From the NCBI GenBank assembly GCA_045543615.1, contig JAZPXL010000005.1, forward strand, positions 132,436 to 196,435: a DNA stretch of 64,000 nt, written 5' to 3'. Each line of letters starts with the position of its first letter. Within the stretch, counting starts at the first letter, position 1. Positions 1 to 9,524 of this stretch are shown piece after piece. The DNA is from Eubacteriales bacterium. GTDB taxonomy: Bacteria; Bacillota; Clostridia; Oscillospirales; CAG-272. Below the pieces are notes generated by a model. That model ran no database searches. It saw only the letters and a program-made list of their open reading frames with translations, and was not told the origin of the DNA. The translations under genes and the position numbers were made by a program.

Positions 1-1
1 A

Positions 2-3000
2 TTCAACTGTGATATCGAAGTAGTTGAAGTTGAGGATGAAGAATACGCCGTTTTCGTACTCAACGTATACAATGTTTCCTGTATCGTCTGTGTACTTAGT
101 GTACTCATAACCCTCTTCGACCTCTTCACCGGGAGTCTCTTCTCCATCGGGTGTGGTCGTATCATCGGGTGTTTCGTTGGGATCAACGATTGTCACTGTA
201 ACTGTAACAACCTCGCTTGCGAGCTCGAGAGCTGCCTTAGAGTCAGCAATAGACTTAATAGAATCAGCGTTAACCTTTTCTGCGTTAGCCTTTGTGATCT
301 CGTAAGAGTTCTTAACGGATGCCTTGAATGCATCGTCATAATCAGCACTTTCGCTGTAGAACTTGTTTGCAAACTCTGCGTCAACAAGTGCGTCGTTAGC
401 CTTAGCTACGTGTGTATTCTGGTTCTTGATGTTGTCGGATACTCTCTTAACAAGCGAGCTTACGTTCTTAGTAGCCGATGCATAAGCTGTATCAGCTGCC
501 TTGAGGTCTGCGTCTGCCTGAGCCTTTGCAGCTATTGTAGCATCGGAAGCTGTGATAACTGCGAGAGCGTATGTTTCGATTCCATCATAGAGAGCCTTGT
601 CTGCATCGTATGCAGCCTTGTCAGCAGATGTCTCGAGTGCGTTCTGAGCGTCAACTACGGCTGCCTCTGCTGCTGCAACTGCTGCCTCGCTCTTAAGGAG
701 GTTAGAAACGGAAGTTCTGATAGCTGTCATAACAAGCTTGGAGTTGAAGTCTGAGATTGCTGTGTCAGCTGCTGCCTTCGCTGCCTCTGCTGCCTTGTAT
801 GCATCGGTTGCCTTTGCGTCTGCTGCAAACTTAGTTGTGAAGTCGGTTACTGCCTTATCTGCTGCTGCCTTAGCCTCAGTTGCGGTCTTGTAAGCATCGC
901 TTGCGAGAACCTTTGTATTGTAGTCAGCAAGGAATGCCTCGAGCTTGAGCTGAGTTCCTGCCTCAACACCATTAGCCTCGTCAGCTGCTCTGTACTTAGC
1001 GTCAACTGCTGCTGCAAGCTCTGCGCCAAATGTAGCTGCGATTGCTGCAACATCTGCGTCAGCTGCGCTTGTAGCTGCTTCGATCTTAGCAAGAACTGCC
1101 TCGATAGCTGCGTCTGCTGCATCATCAGCTGCCTTGAGAGCGATGTAAGCTGCGTCAGTTGCGTAGCCGCCGATGAGAGCGTCAACTGCTGCCTGTGCGT
1201 TGTCAGCTGCTGCAACGAGTGCGAGATACTCGGCATTGTCACCGTAAGCAACGGTAAGTGCCTTGAGAGCATCTGCTGCTGCGTTCTGTGCTCTTACAAG
1301 TGCAACATACTCATCGGTATTTGCAGCGTAAACAGCCTTGATGCTTGCAACTGTTGTGTCGTAGATAGCAGTATTGGTTGCGATTGTGTTCTGGAGTGCG
1401 ATATACTCTGCACTTGTGGGATATGTTGCGTTGTAGTTATCAACATAAGCATTAAGTGCTGTGGTTGTTGCGTCGTACTCTGCCTTTGCAGATACGTAGG
1501 TTGCATCCTGGGAAGCGAGGGACTCGTATACTGTGTTGTATGCGGCCTTCTTAGCCTCAAGATCACTCTCTGCTACTGCAATATCAGCTATTGTTGTAGC
1601 AAGGAGATCCTCAAGAATACCAATCTCAACTGCGCCGGGATACGATGTGGTAACTGTTGTGATACCTGTCTCGATGCTGGACTTAAGAGAAGTAAGTGTT
1701 TCTACCTGCTTCTCAGCATCTCTGAGAGCCTTCTTAGCTGCCTTGTAGTCTTCGTTTGAAGCTATTGCTGTCTCAACTGTTGCTACTGCTGCCTCGTAAG
1801 CTGTTGTTGCAGCGTCTGCTGCTGCCTTGAGAGCCTTATATTCATCGGTGTTCTCATAAGCTGTGGGATACTTCTCAAGCTCTGCCTTAGCTTCGGTCAG
1901 TGCTGTGGAAGCTGCGATATAGTTCTGTGCGTTCTCGAGAGTTCCAGCGAACTTCTGAACATCAGCGAGAGCTGTCTGAACCTTTTCATCTGCCGCTGTG
2001 TATTCAGCAGAAGCCTTGTCTGCGATAGCATCGCGAGCTGCTACTGCATTCTCGTATGCTGTAAGCTTTGTTGTGATGATTGCAAATCCGCTGAGCTCAC
2101 CACTTGCGTAAGCGTTGTTGTAAGCCTCAAGCTTCTTTGCGTAGTCTGCGTTTGCGGACTCAAGAGCTGCAACTGCCTTGTCATAAGCTGCGATAAGGCT
2201 TGCGTAGTTGGTGTTTGTGCCGCCGGCAAGAAGTGTCTTGAAGGGAGTATAAATTCCGTTCCAAGTTGTCTTATTGGCTTCAGCCTCAACTATCTTAGCT
2301 GCAAGAGCTTCCTGTGTAGCTACTGCTGCTTCACGAGTTGCCTGTGCTTTCTTTGCAGCGTCAACGAGTGTACCCATACCAATTGTGAATACTACGTAAT
2401 CACCAAGTGCGTATGCACCACCCTGGTAGTAGTGGTTAGCTGTTCTGCAGTACTCAGCAACCTTTTCGCAAGCTGCCTGAGATGTAGTAGCTGCATATAC
2501 ACGACCGTTGAGGAGCTGTTCCTGCTGCTTCTTAGCTGCAAGAGCGTCAGCAGCAAGCTGATTTTCGAGGTTTTCTTTTTCGATTGCCTCTTCGTCAGCG
2601 ATGATCTCATCGGGATCGGGTACGCGTTCGCCTGTGAGGAACTCGTGGCCAACGATCTTCGAAAGCTGGAGATCCTTTGTCAAATCATTGAGCAATGTGT
2701 AGTACTTAACTACGTCTTCCTTAAGGATGTCGTAACGTACAGAATAGTACTCACTGAGTGTAGGATCTTCCTTGAGTTCTTCGTAATTATCGTAACAGAG
2801 TACGAAGTAGAGTCCTGCGCCATTTTCAATTGCCTTAAGCAAGCTGTAACCGATGTTACCTTCCATATTCAGAGGTGTACCTGCGTACTGAACACTACCG
2901 TGGAGTACAACACCGATGAAAGGAATTGCATTGCTGGATGTATTGTAACGGCTGGAATCAAGCGGAACGTTGATAATGTAATCGAGGTACTTCCAGGTGT

Positions 3001-5458
3001 AAGCATTTGCGCTATCTGTCATGACGCTGTCAAAATCAGAATCGAGCTTGCCAAATACGTTCTGTGTGAACTTCTTGGAGTCCTCACGGTTGTAAGGCTC
3101 ATCCTCATCAAAGTCGGAGTTGAGTCCCGAACCGAGTGTGCCTACGGAAATGCCTGCGCTTGCATCTGTGTTCTCATAATAGCTGAGAAGGTTTTCAGAA
3201 AGCTTGTCATAGAAACGAGTATAATATGCGGACGAGATAGCAAGCTCGAAACGTCCAACGTGTGTCTGACGTGTTGCGCTGTAATATCTGCGTGACATAT
3301 ATGTATCGTTGATTGACTTAACGATATGATCCTTGAGGGTCAAACCGTCAAAGAGTGTGTTGGTTGAAGAACGAACATATACGAAGTCGAAGTCAGGGAA
3401 AAGCTCAAAGCCCTTCTCTGCTGAGTAATCGAGCAGCTCGTTGTAACCTGTCTTGCCACCAACTGCGTTTTCCCACTTGAGATGGTAAGGAACTGAGGAG
3501 TACATACCACCGTTCGCATAGCCTGTGAGCTTGAACTTGATGTTGGATACGCCCTGTGCAGAGAGCTCATCATACATTGTCTTGACATTGTCAAAGGATG
3601 TAAGAGGAGTCATTACGTTTACAGGGATGGAAAGGATCTTCTCGAGTGTTTCGAGAGTACCGAACGTCTCGACGTATACAGGAATGTCATCCTTAACATC
3701 ACTCTCTTCAAGTGCAGAAAGTGTTTCTGTGTGGTAGAGGTAATCACGGTAAGCCTCTGCCATACCCATCCAGTTTACAGGATAGTAATCGGTAATTTCA
3801 TTTTCCTTTGCAAGAGCATCATCTGTCAGCATAATGTAACGGATCTTGTAGTTACCGACATACTTACGGGATGATACAACTGTCCAGGTTGCGTTTGCAC
3901 CAACCGAGATAGCGTTTGCAAGGTTGTAGGAGTCCTTTGGTCTGGGGTAGAAGTACATCTGCATTGCATTGTACTTACCTGTCGAACCCATATGGTATGT
4001 AGAAAGCTCTGCGAGAGCATCGCCCTCTTCGATGATAGCTACATATCCCTTGGATTCCTCATAGGTGTATGGAACTTCAACATCCTCATATACAGCCTCT
4101 TCGATAACGTTTCCGTCTGCGTCAAGAACTGCTTCCGTAACAAGCTGCTTTTCAATCTTGGTACGTGTTTCGTGAACGTTGGATACTACACCAAATACAG
4201 GGTAGCGAATTGTCTGCTGGTTAGAACCTGTGATTGTGTTGTATGCGTAGTCTTGGCCGTATACCTTACCATTGATTGTGGTAATGCTTGAGCCTGCGAG
4301 ATCTTCGTGACGGAAGAGCGCGCCGGCTCCATCCGGGAAGAAGTTATAACCTGTGAATGTCTCTTCCTTTTCATCGAGGAGGTAGTTCGCACCTGCGCCC
4401 ATAAAAGGAAGGGGGGAGATGTTGGTCAGCTGGTAGAGAGACTCGTCGAAACGGAGACCGTTCGCAGGGATACGAACTGTTACGCCCCAATCATCGAGTG
4501 TGTACTCCAAAGCCAGCTTGAAGAGTGCGGGAGCTTTATCCTGTCCCTCATACTCGGTGATGAGGTGGTCCTGCTCGAGCTGCTCAAATGTATATGTAGG
4601 AACGTATGTCTTGATATAACCCTCGAGTGTTGTGAGCTCGTTGTTAGTGATATCGGGCGAACATACATATACGTCCATCTTGTTACAGATAGGATAGAGT
4701 GCCTTCAAAGAGTTTCTCTCACGGTCAGTTTCGCACTTTGCGAGTGACTTGAGATCGTAGAAAGCGAGGAACTTGTTGAACTTAAACCATTCGTTGTTTC
4801 TCTTGTCAGGATCTCCTCCACCACTGTCGATGATGATCTGCTGACGCTTTTCAACGGGCATATAGTAATCTCTCCACTCAAGAGATACACCACCGTTTGC
4901 AAGGGAGATCTTGTTAAGCTCTTCTGCGAAGGGGTCAAGAATGTTCTCATCGAATCTCGACTGCTCAACCATACGGGGAACAAGCATTCTTGTCTCTTCA
5001 CGGCCGATACTGTACTCTACTCTGATACCGTTCTTTATGTACTTGAAGTTGATCTGTCCACGAAGAGCAGCTTCCTTGAAGCTTGTCATTGTCTTTTCGG
5101 TATCATTGTCTACATATTTGATGATGAGCTGAGACATAAGTGTCTGCTTAACCGAGGGAGAGGATCCACCGGATGCTACATCATAGGGGTTGGAGAAGAG
5201 GATCTGACCTGTTGTTGCGTTACGAGTTGCTACCTCGCCGGTGAACTCATCAACCCACAGCTGATATCCGTTCTTCTCAAACATCATTGTCATAGTGTCG
5301 AGCTTTTCCTTCTCAGACGCAAATGTGCGTGTGAGGTACTGCTCAACGGTTGCTTCATAGTCTATCGAATCAATAAACTCACCGTTTGAGTTCTTCTCGT
5401 AGATGATCTCAACAGCAGTTGCTGCAGAAATGTCCACGATCAGCGTACCAAAAAGCAT
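2..5458 (-). CDS. Giant secreted protein, 3'-partial, running off the left edge (1819 codons in window). About 950 aa of N-terminal globular, glycoside-hydrolase-like region (possibly DUF5696-like), then about 800 aa of Ala-rich helical repeats. The 5' end is apparently frameshifted; the likely true start is 5493.
   Basis: Absent from the supplied track because it has no stop in the window. Hand translation of the minus strand shows the frame with lowest coordinate = 2 mod 3 has no listed fragments between 5518 and 2. Every short minus-strand track ORF in 1-5001 lies in another frame. It reads MLFGTLIVDISAATAVEIIYEKNSNGEF...GYANGGMYSSVPYHLKWENAVGG...VLHGSVQYAGTPLNMEG..., then Ala-rich repeats, ending ...VFFILNFNYFDITVE at the edge. 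It lies 26 nt downstream of the Yip1 gene stop. Confidence 0.8.
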   Translation of the reverse strand, partial: MLFGTLIVDISAATAVEIIYEKNSNGEFIDSIDYEATVEQYLTRTFASEKEKLDTMTMMFEKNGYQLWVDEFTGEVATRNATTGQILFSNPYDVASGGSSPSVKQTLMSQLIIKYVDNDTEKTMTSFKEAALRGQINFKYIKNGIRVEYSIGREETRMLVPRMVEQSRFDENILDPFAEELNKISLANGGVSLEWRDYYMPVEKRQQIIIDSGGGDPDKRNNEWFKFNKFLAFYDLKSLAKCETDRERNSLKALYPICNKMDVYVCSPDITNNELTTLEGYIKTYVPTYTFEQLEQDHLITEYEGQDKAPALFKLALEYTLDDWGVTVRIPANGLRFDESLYQLTNISPLPFMGAGANYLLDEKEETFTGYNFFPDGAGALFRHEDLAGSSITTINGKVYGQDYAYNTITGSNQQTIRYPVFGVVSNVHETRTKIEKQLVTEAVLDADGNVIEEAVYEDVEVPYTYEESKGYVAIIEEGDALAELSTYHMGSTGKYNAMQMYFYPRPKDSYNLANAISVGANATWTVVSSRKYVGNYKIRYIMLTDDALAKENEITDYYPVNWMGMAEAYRDYLYHTETLSALEESDVKDDIPVYVETFGTLETLEKILSIPVNVMTPLTSFDNVKTMYDELSAQGVSNIKFKLTGYANGGMYSSVPYHLKWENAVGGKTGYNELLDYSAEKGFELFPDFDFVYVRSSTNTLFDGLTLKDHIVKSINDTYMSRRYYSATRQTHVGRFELAISSAYYTRFYDKLSENLLSYYENTDASAGISVGTLGSGLNSDFDEDEPYNREDSKKFTQNVFGKLDSDFDSVMTDSANAYTWKYLDYIINVPLDSSRYNTSSNAIPFIGVVLHGSVQYAGTPLNMEGNIGYSLLKAIENGAGLYFVLCYDNYEELKEDPTLSEYYSVRYDILKEDVVKYYTLLNDLTKDLQLSKIVGHEFLTGERVPDPDEIIADEEAIEKENLENQLAADALAAKKQQEQLLNGRVYAATTSQAACEKVAEYCRTANHYYQGGAYALGDYVVFTIGMGTLVDAAKKAQATREAAVATQEALAAKIVEAEANKTTWNGIYTPFKTLLAGGTNTNYASLIAAYDKAVAALESANADYAKKLEAYNNAYASGELSGFAIITTKLTAYENAVAARDAIADKASAEYTAADEKVQTALADVQKFAGTLENAQNYIAASTALTEAKAELEKYPTAYENTDEYKALKAAADAATTAYEAAVATVETAIASNEDYKAAKKALRDAEKQVETLTSLKSSIETGITTVTTSYPGAVEIGILEDLLATTIADIAVAESDLEAKKAAYNTVYESLASQDATYVSAKAEYDATTTALNAYVDNYNATYPTSAEYIALQNTIATNTAIYDTTVASIKAVYAANTDEYVALVRAQNAAADALKALTVAYGDNAEYLALVAAADNAQAAVDALIGGYATDAAYIALKAADDAADAAIEAVLAKIEAATSAADADVAAIAATFGAELAAAVDAKYRAADEANGVEAGTQLKLEAFLADYNTKVLASDAYKTATEAKAAADKAVTDFTTKFAADAKATDAYKAAEAAKAAADTAISDFNSKLVMTAIRTSVSNLLKSEAAVAAAEAAVVDAQNALETSADKAAYDADKALYDGIETYALAVITASDATIAAKAQADADLKAADTAYASATKNVSSLVKRVSDNIKNQNTHVAKANDALVDAEFANKFYSESADYDDAFKASVKNSYEITKANAEKVNADSIKSIADSKAALELASEVVTVTVTIVDPNETPDDTTTPDGEETPGEEVEEGYEYTKYTDDTGNIVYVEYENGVFFILNFNYFDITVE

Positions 5459-5518
5459 AACAACAGATAAAAGTAATGCAAATATTCTTTTCATTGTAAT
5501 ATTCTCCTTTCCTGTTTG

Positions 5519-7657
5519 TTACATTCGGTAGCTGATCTCGACCACAATGTTGGTAATGAAGCTTACGATCTTACCAAGAAGTGTGGTAAAGAGTATTGCA
5601 ATAAACATAATGAACGCCATTGCAACGATTGTTCCGAGAGAAGTAATGAAGTTTTTAAACAGGGGATAATCGTGTGTTACCATCATACCAATGAATATCA
5701 GGAGAGCTGTCCAGATAAACGCTACCGTTACGATAAGGCTGTTGATATCAAGCTCTTCAACAAGTGCAAAGTTGGAATAGATGGTTGTAGGAATTACTGC
5801 GAAGACGAGAGGAAGCAGTGAGTAGGAGCAAGCAATGAAGATGTCCTTGAAGCTGCCTTCACCGTCGAACAGTGTTGTAAGACACCAGTTAGCGACTACC
5901 CACAGGAACAGAGGAACTAAAACTCCAAGTGCCTGTGCTACGATCGTGGTATACGAACCATAGGGATTTACAAGGTAACCGGAACCGATTGCCTGGTAGA
6001 AGAATGCAAATACTGTTACAAGAACGTAAACAACAGCAGCTCTCAGTGAGCCTCTCTTCTCGTGCTTAAGATCCCAGAAGCCGTCGAACGGGTGGAAAAT
6101 AAGGTGGAAGCCGAAGAGGAGCTCCTCAACAAATGTTCTCTTTCCGCCTGCTGTCTCTGCACGCTTATTGATCTTAGCCGCCTTCTTGAATACGAAGACT
6201 ACTGCAGCAATAAGAATGCCAACGATAAGCGGGATAAGAAGAACGTAATTGGAAATCCAGTTCTTACGAATTTCCTTATAAGAGTCTGACCAACCGCTTA
6301 TATCGTATGCTGCCTCGAAATACTTGAGAGCCTCTTCGTACTCACCGTTACGGTAGAGTGCGTCGCCGATACCGATGTATGCAGCGTCGAAGTTCTGGTT
6401 TCTCTTAAGAATTTCTGTCCAGTCATTGATAGCACGGTCGAACTGACGGTTGTTCTGGTTTGCAAGAGCCTGAATGAGAATGTCACCGTACTCTGTGCGC
6501 TGATATACCGTGATGCTGTCCTGAGTCTTATCAAGAACGAGCATTGTACCGTCGCTCATATATGTGATAGCCTCAATGCTCTTGAGGTTACCGAGCTGAG
6601 AGCCTGCGTCACCAAACGCAAACAGGAGGTTGCCGTCGTAGTCGTAGGTGAAGATCTTCTGACGCTTTTCGTCGATGATCGACCAGGTGTTCTCAGGTCC
6701 TACTGCTACGTCGATGATCTTGGATACGCCCTGTGCGAGCGATCCGTCGGCCGTGGTGTGAGCCATATCGATCTCACCTGAAGGCGGCCAGAAGCCGTTA
6801 CGAGACATTACCTCGTCACCGGACTGGTTGATAAGCTTTACAGGGGCGTAGTCACCGGATTTGGACTTTCCTCTGATAGCACTTTCAACAGATGAATCCT
6901 CGATTGTCGATGTGGTTACATAAATGAAGCCCTTCTCGTTAATCGTGATGTTGTTAAACTCTGTTGAAACGTAATCGATTGAGAGTTCCTTCTGCTCATC
7001 CGTCTGGAACATTCTCCAGATACGGTCCCAAGCAGAGATTGTAACCTTCTGCGCTCCAACAAACTTGATAAATTCGCCGTCATCGTTCATAACGATGATA
7101 CCCTGGTAGGTAGTGGAGGATACAACGTAGAGACGGTTGTAATCGTCAACTGCAACTGCAACAGGCTTATAAACATCGTCATTCTCAAAAAGATTACTTT
7201 CAGGCTGAGGAATAACTCTAAGGAAGTTACCGTCACGGTCGAATGTTACGATACGGTTCTGGTCTGTATCACAGATGAAGATTCTGTCGGAGGTAACAAA
7301 TACGCCCTTGGGGTTGTTAAGGGAGTCCGGAACACCCTCGTCGTTTGTGAACTTGGAGATAGTGAACTTGAGCTTGAAGTAACGGTCAAGAACGATGATT
7401 CTATCATTACCACTATCGGCAATGTAGACATTGTCTTTGTCGTCAACTACAAGATCGCCGGGATCGTCGATAACCGAAGGAAGACCCATATAGGTCGAAT
7501 CGATCATCTTGATAGGTGTGTACGCATCAGGTGAATAGAGCGCGTAACCGTCGATGGAGTATGTGTATGTCTGGTAGGACTTCACTGCTCCGACGGGGGC
7601 TGCGAGCAAGAGCACCATAGCGAAGACAAAGGCGATAACACTGATTAATTTCTTCAT
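5519..7657 (-). CDS. Fusion protein: signal peptide, NHL-repeat beta-propeller, TPR-like segment and a C-terminal Yip1-family polytopic membrane domain
   Basis: 712-aa ORF. ATG at 7657 with AAGGAGG upstream. N-terminus MKKLISVIAFVFAMVLLLAAPVGA. About six NHL-like blades (DNVYIADSGNDRIIVLD, DRIFICDTDQNRIVTFDRDGNF, NRLYVVSSTTYQGIIVMNDDGEF, KIFTYDYDGNLLFAFG, GTMLVLDKTQDSITVYQ). TPR-like GDALYRNGEYEEALKYFEAAY. One TM plus about 5 C-terminal TM helices typical of Yip1-domain proteins. Confidence 0.8.
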   Translation of the reverse strand: MKKLISVIAFVFAMVLLLAAPVGAVKSYQTYTYSIDGYALYSPDAYTPIKMIDSTYMGLPSVIDDPGDLVVDDKDNVYIADSGNDRIIVLDRYFKLKFTISKFTNDEGVPDSLNNPKGVFVTSDRIFICDTDQNRIVTFDRDGNFLRVIPQPESNLFENDDVYKPVAVAVDDYNRLYVVSSTTYQGIIVMNDDGEFIKFVGAQKVTISAWDRIWRMFQTDEQKELSIDYVSTEFNNITINEKGFIYVTTSTIEDSSVESAIRGKSKSGDYAPVKLINQSGDEVMSRNGFWPPSGEIDMAHTTADGSLAQGVSKIIDVAVGPENTWSIIDEKRQKIFTYDYDGNLLFAFGDAGSQLGNLKSIEAITYMSDGTMLVLDKTQDSITVYQRTEYGDILIQALANQNNRQFDRAINDWTEILKRNQNFDAAYIGIGDALYRNGEYEEALKYFEAAYDISGWSDSYKEIRKNWISNYVLLIPLIVGILIAAVVFVFKKAAKINKRAETAGGKRTFVEELLFGFHLIFHPFDGFWDLKHEKRGSLRAAVVYVLVTVFAFFYQAIGSGYLVNPYGSYTTIVAQALGVLVPLFLWVVANWCLTTLFDGEGSFKDIFIACSYSLLPLVFAVIPTTIYSNFALVEELDINSLIVTVAFIWTALLIFIGMMVTHDYPLFKNFITSLGTIVAMAFIMFIAILFTTLLGKIVSFITNIVVEISYRM

Positions 7658-7667
7658 TGTTGCCTCC

Positions 7668-8540
7668 TTAATCCTTCATACCGCTCGAGCCCATTGTCTC
7701 GATAATATTAGACTGTGCAATTACGAATACCGTAATCGGAACGAGCATCATAATTACCGTTGCAGCAGCACTTGCGCCTGCACGCTTGATACCACCTGCG
7801 GTAATCTGCTGAATTGCATAGTTGAATGACTTGTACTGCTCGGAATGGATGTAGATTGTTGAACCGGCATTCCACAGATCCTGGAAGCAGTAGATGATAA
7901 GTGTAAGCCAAGCAGGCTTAACCATCGGCATTGCGATTGTCCAGAATGTGCGCCACTCGCTTGCACCGTCGAGTCTTGCAGATTCAAGAACAGAGTTGTT
8001 AACGTTAGTCTCCATAAACTGCTTCATCAGGTACAGACCGAGCGTTGATCCCCAAGCAGGAATGATAAGCGCAAGAGGTGTATCGATGAGGTGGAGGAAG
8101 CTCATAATGATGAAGTTTGTAACAGCTGTAACTGTCTTATGGAACATCAGAGATGTACGAATGGTTTTGAATATCCATCTGTGTCCGGGGAACTTGATCT
8201 TAGCAAGTGCGTATGCTGCCATCGAGCCGAACAGAAGGTTACCTGCTGTACCAAATACTGATACGACAACAGTGTTGAATATGTATCTCGAGAAAGGAAC
8301 CCACGAAGTGTTCATCAAAACGAACAGGTCGGAGAAGTTTTGAAGTGTGGGGTTCATAACGTAGAACTTGGGCGGGAACATCCACAGCTCATCAAGAGGC
8401 TTGAGTGCCTGCATTACTGTGTAGAGCATCGGGAGGAACATAAACGCTCCAAGTATTATCAGCATAATGCTGATTCCAAGGTCGCCACCGACAGAACGGT
8501 TAAGAACGACTTTATGTTTTCTTGTTCTAAGCCTTGCCAT
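7668..8540 (-). CDS. Carbohydrate ABC transporter permease (CUT1 family, MalG-like)
   Basis: 290-aa ORF with 6 predicted TM helices. EAA loop ESARLDGASEWRTFWTIAMPMVKP. ATG at 8540 lies 1 nt after the upstream permease stop. Confidence 0.9.
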   Translation of the reverse strand: MARLRTRKHKVVLNRSVGGDLGISIMLIILGAFMFLPMLYTVMQALKPLDELWMFPPKFYVMNPTLQNFSDLFVLMNTSWVPFSRYIFNTVVVSVFGTAGNLLFGSMAAYALAKIKFPGHRWIFKTIRTSLMFHKTVTAVTNFIIMSFLHLIDTPLALIIPAWGSTLGLYLMKQFMETNVNNSVLESARLDGASEWRTFWTIAMPMVKPAWLTLIIYCFQDLWNAGSTIYIHSEQYKSFNYAIQQITAGGIKRAGASAAATVIMMLVPITVFVIAQSNIIETMGSSGMKD

Positions 8541-8541
8541 C

Positions 8542-9489
8542 TTACTGACCTACCTTTGAGAGCATTTTCTTAACCAGCGAGTTTGCGCCGATCATAATAA
8601 GGAAGAGTACCACAGCGATTGACGAAGAGTATCCGACCTCAAATCGTGCTCCGCCGTAGTCGTTGAGGTGGTGCATAATCGTCCACGCACAATAGTCAAC
8701 TGAGGGGTTACCGCAAAGTGCATCAACAACTCCACCGAAGCCGAAGGAGCTTGTGATTGTCATAACGGCACCGAACATCAGCTGAGGCTTCATCGTGGGA
8801 AGAGTGATGTACCACAGCTCCTGCCAACGGTTGCGGACACCGTCAACCGCACCTGCTTCGTAAAGGGAACGGTCAATGCCCTGCAAACCTGCGATAAATG
8901 ACAGGAAGGATGTACCGAGGGACGTCCACAACGCAACTACTATACACAGAGGCATTACGTATGTGGCGTTCTCGAAGAAGAGGATTTCTTCATTTATTAA
9001 TCCCAAATTCAAGAGTGTTGCGTTTACCCATCCGTAGGAGTCTCCTGAGAAGAGTACGCCCCAGATAAGATACGCCTGACCCGAAATAGAGGGAGCATAG
9101 AAGATAAGGGTTACTACCGCACGGATCTTAGGCTCAAGCTCGTTGATGAACCACGCTACCATAAAGGAAAGCAGGTAGGAAACAGGGCCGACGATCACGG
9201 CAAAAATCAATGTGTTCTTGACAGCGATAAGGAAAATGTCGTCATCAAGGAAAAGGCGGATGTAGTTATCCATGAATACGAAGTTAGGCGTCTGAATCAT
9301 GTTAAAGTCTGTGAAACTCATAAACATTGATACCAGAACCGGTGCAACTGTAAAGAGCGTAAACACGAGAACATAGGGGGCAATCATAAGATATGCGACC
9401 CAGTTACGCTTCATCTCTTTCCAAGTCCACTGAAGCCTTGTCATATCCTTTCTGGATACAGCCTTTTTTGTTGCTGTTTTCTGTGACAT
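8542..9489 (-). CDS. Sugar ABC transporter permease (CUT1 family, MalF-like)
   Basis: 315-aa ORF. EAA loop YEAGAVDGVRNRWQELWYITLPTMKP. AAGGAGA RBS before ATG 9489. Confidence 0.9.
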   Translation of the reverse strand: MSQKTATKKAVSRKDMTRLQWTWKEMKRNWVAYLMIAPYVLVFTLFTVAPVLVSMFMSFTDFNMIQTPNFVFMDNYIRLFLDDDIFLIAVKNTLIFAVIVGPVSYLLSFMVAWFINELEPKIRAVVTLIFYAPSISGQAYLIWGVLFSGDSYGWVNATLLNLGLINEEILFFENATYVMPLCIVVALWTSLGTSFLSFIAGLQGIDRSLYEAGAVDGVRNRWQELWYITLPTMKPQLMFGAVMTITSSFGFGGVVDALCGNPSVDYCAWTIMHHLNDYGGARFEVGYSSSIAVVLFLIMIGANSLVKKMLSKVGQ

Positions 9490-9524
9490 GAACTTTTTTC
9501 TCCTTGTTTAGATTTCGGGTTACG

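Noticed and set aside
193-5001. Ten minus-strand track ORFs of 62-141 aa, rich in Leu/Gln/Ser/Thr
   Set aside because: All lie in one frame (lowest coordinate = 1 mod 3), offset from the real giant ORF (2 mod 3). They are off-frame readings of the Ala-rich gene.
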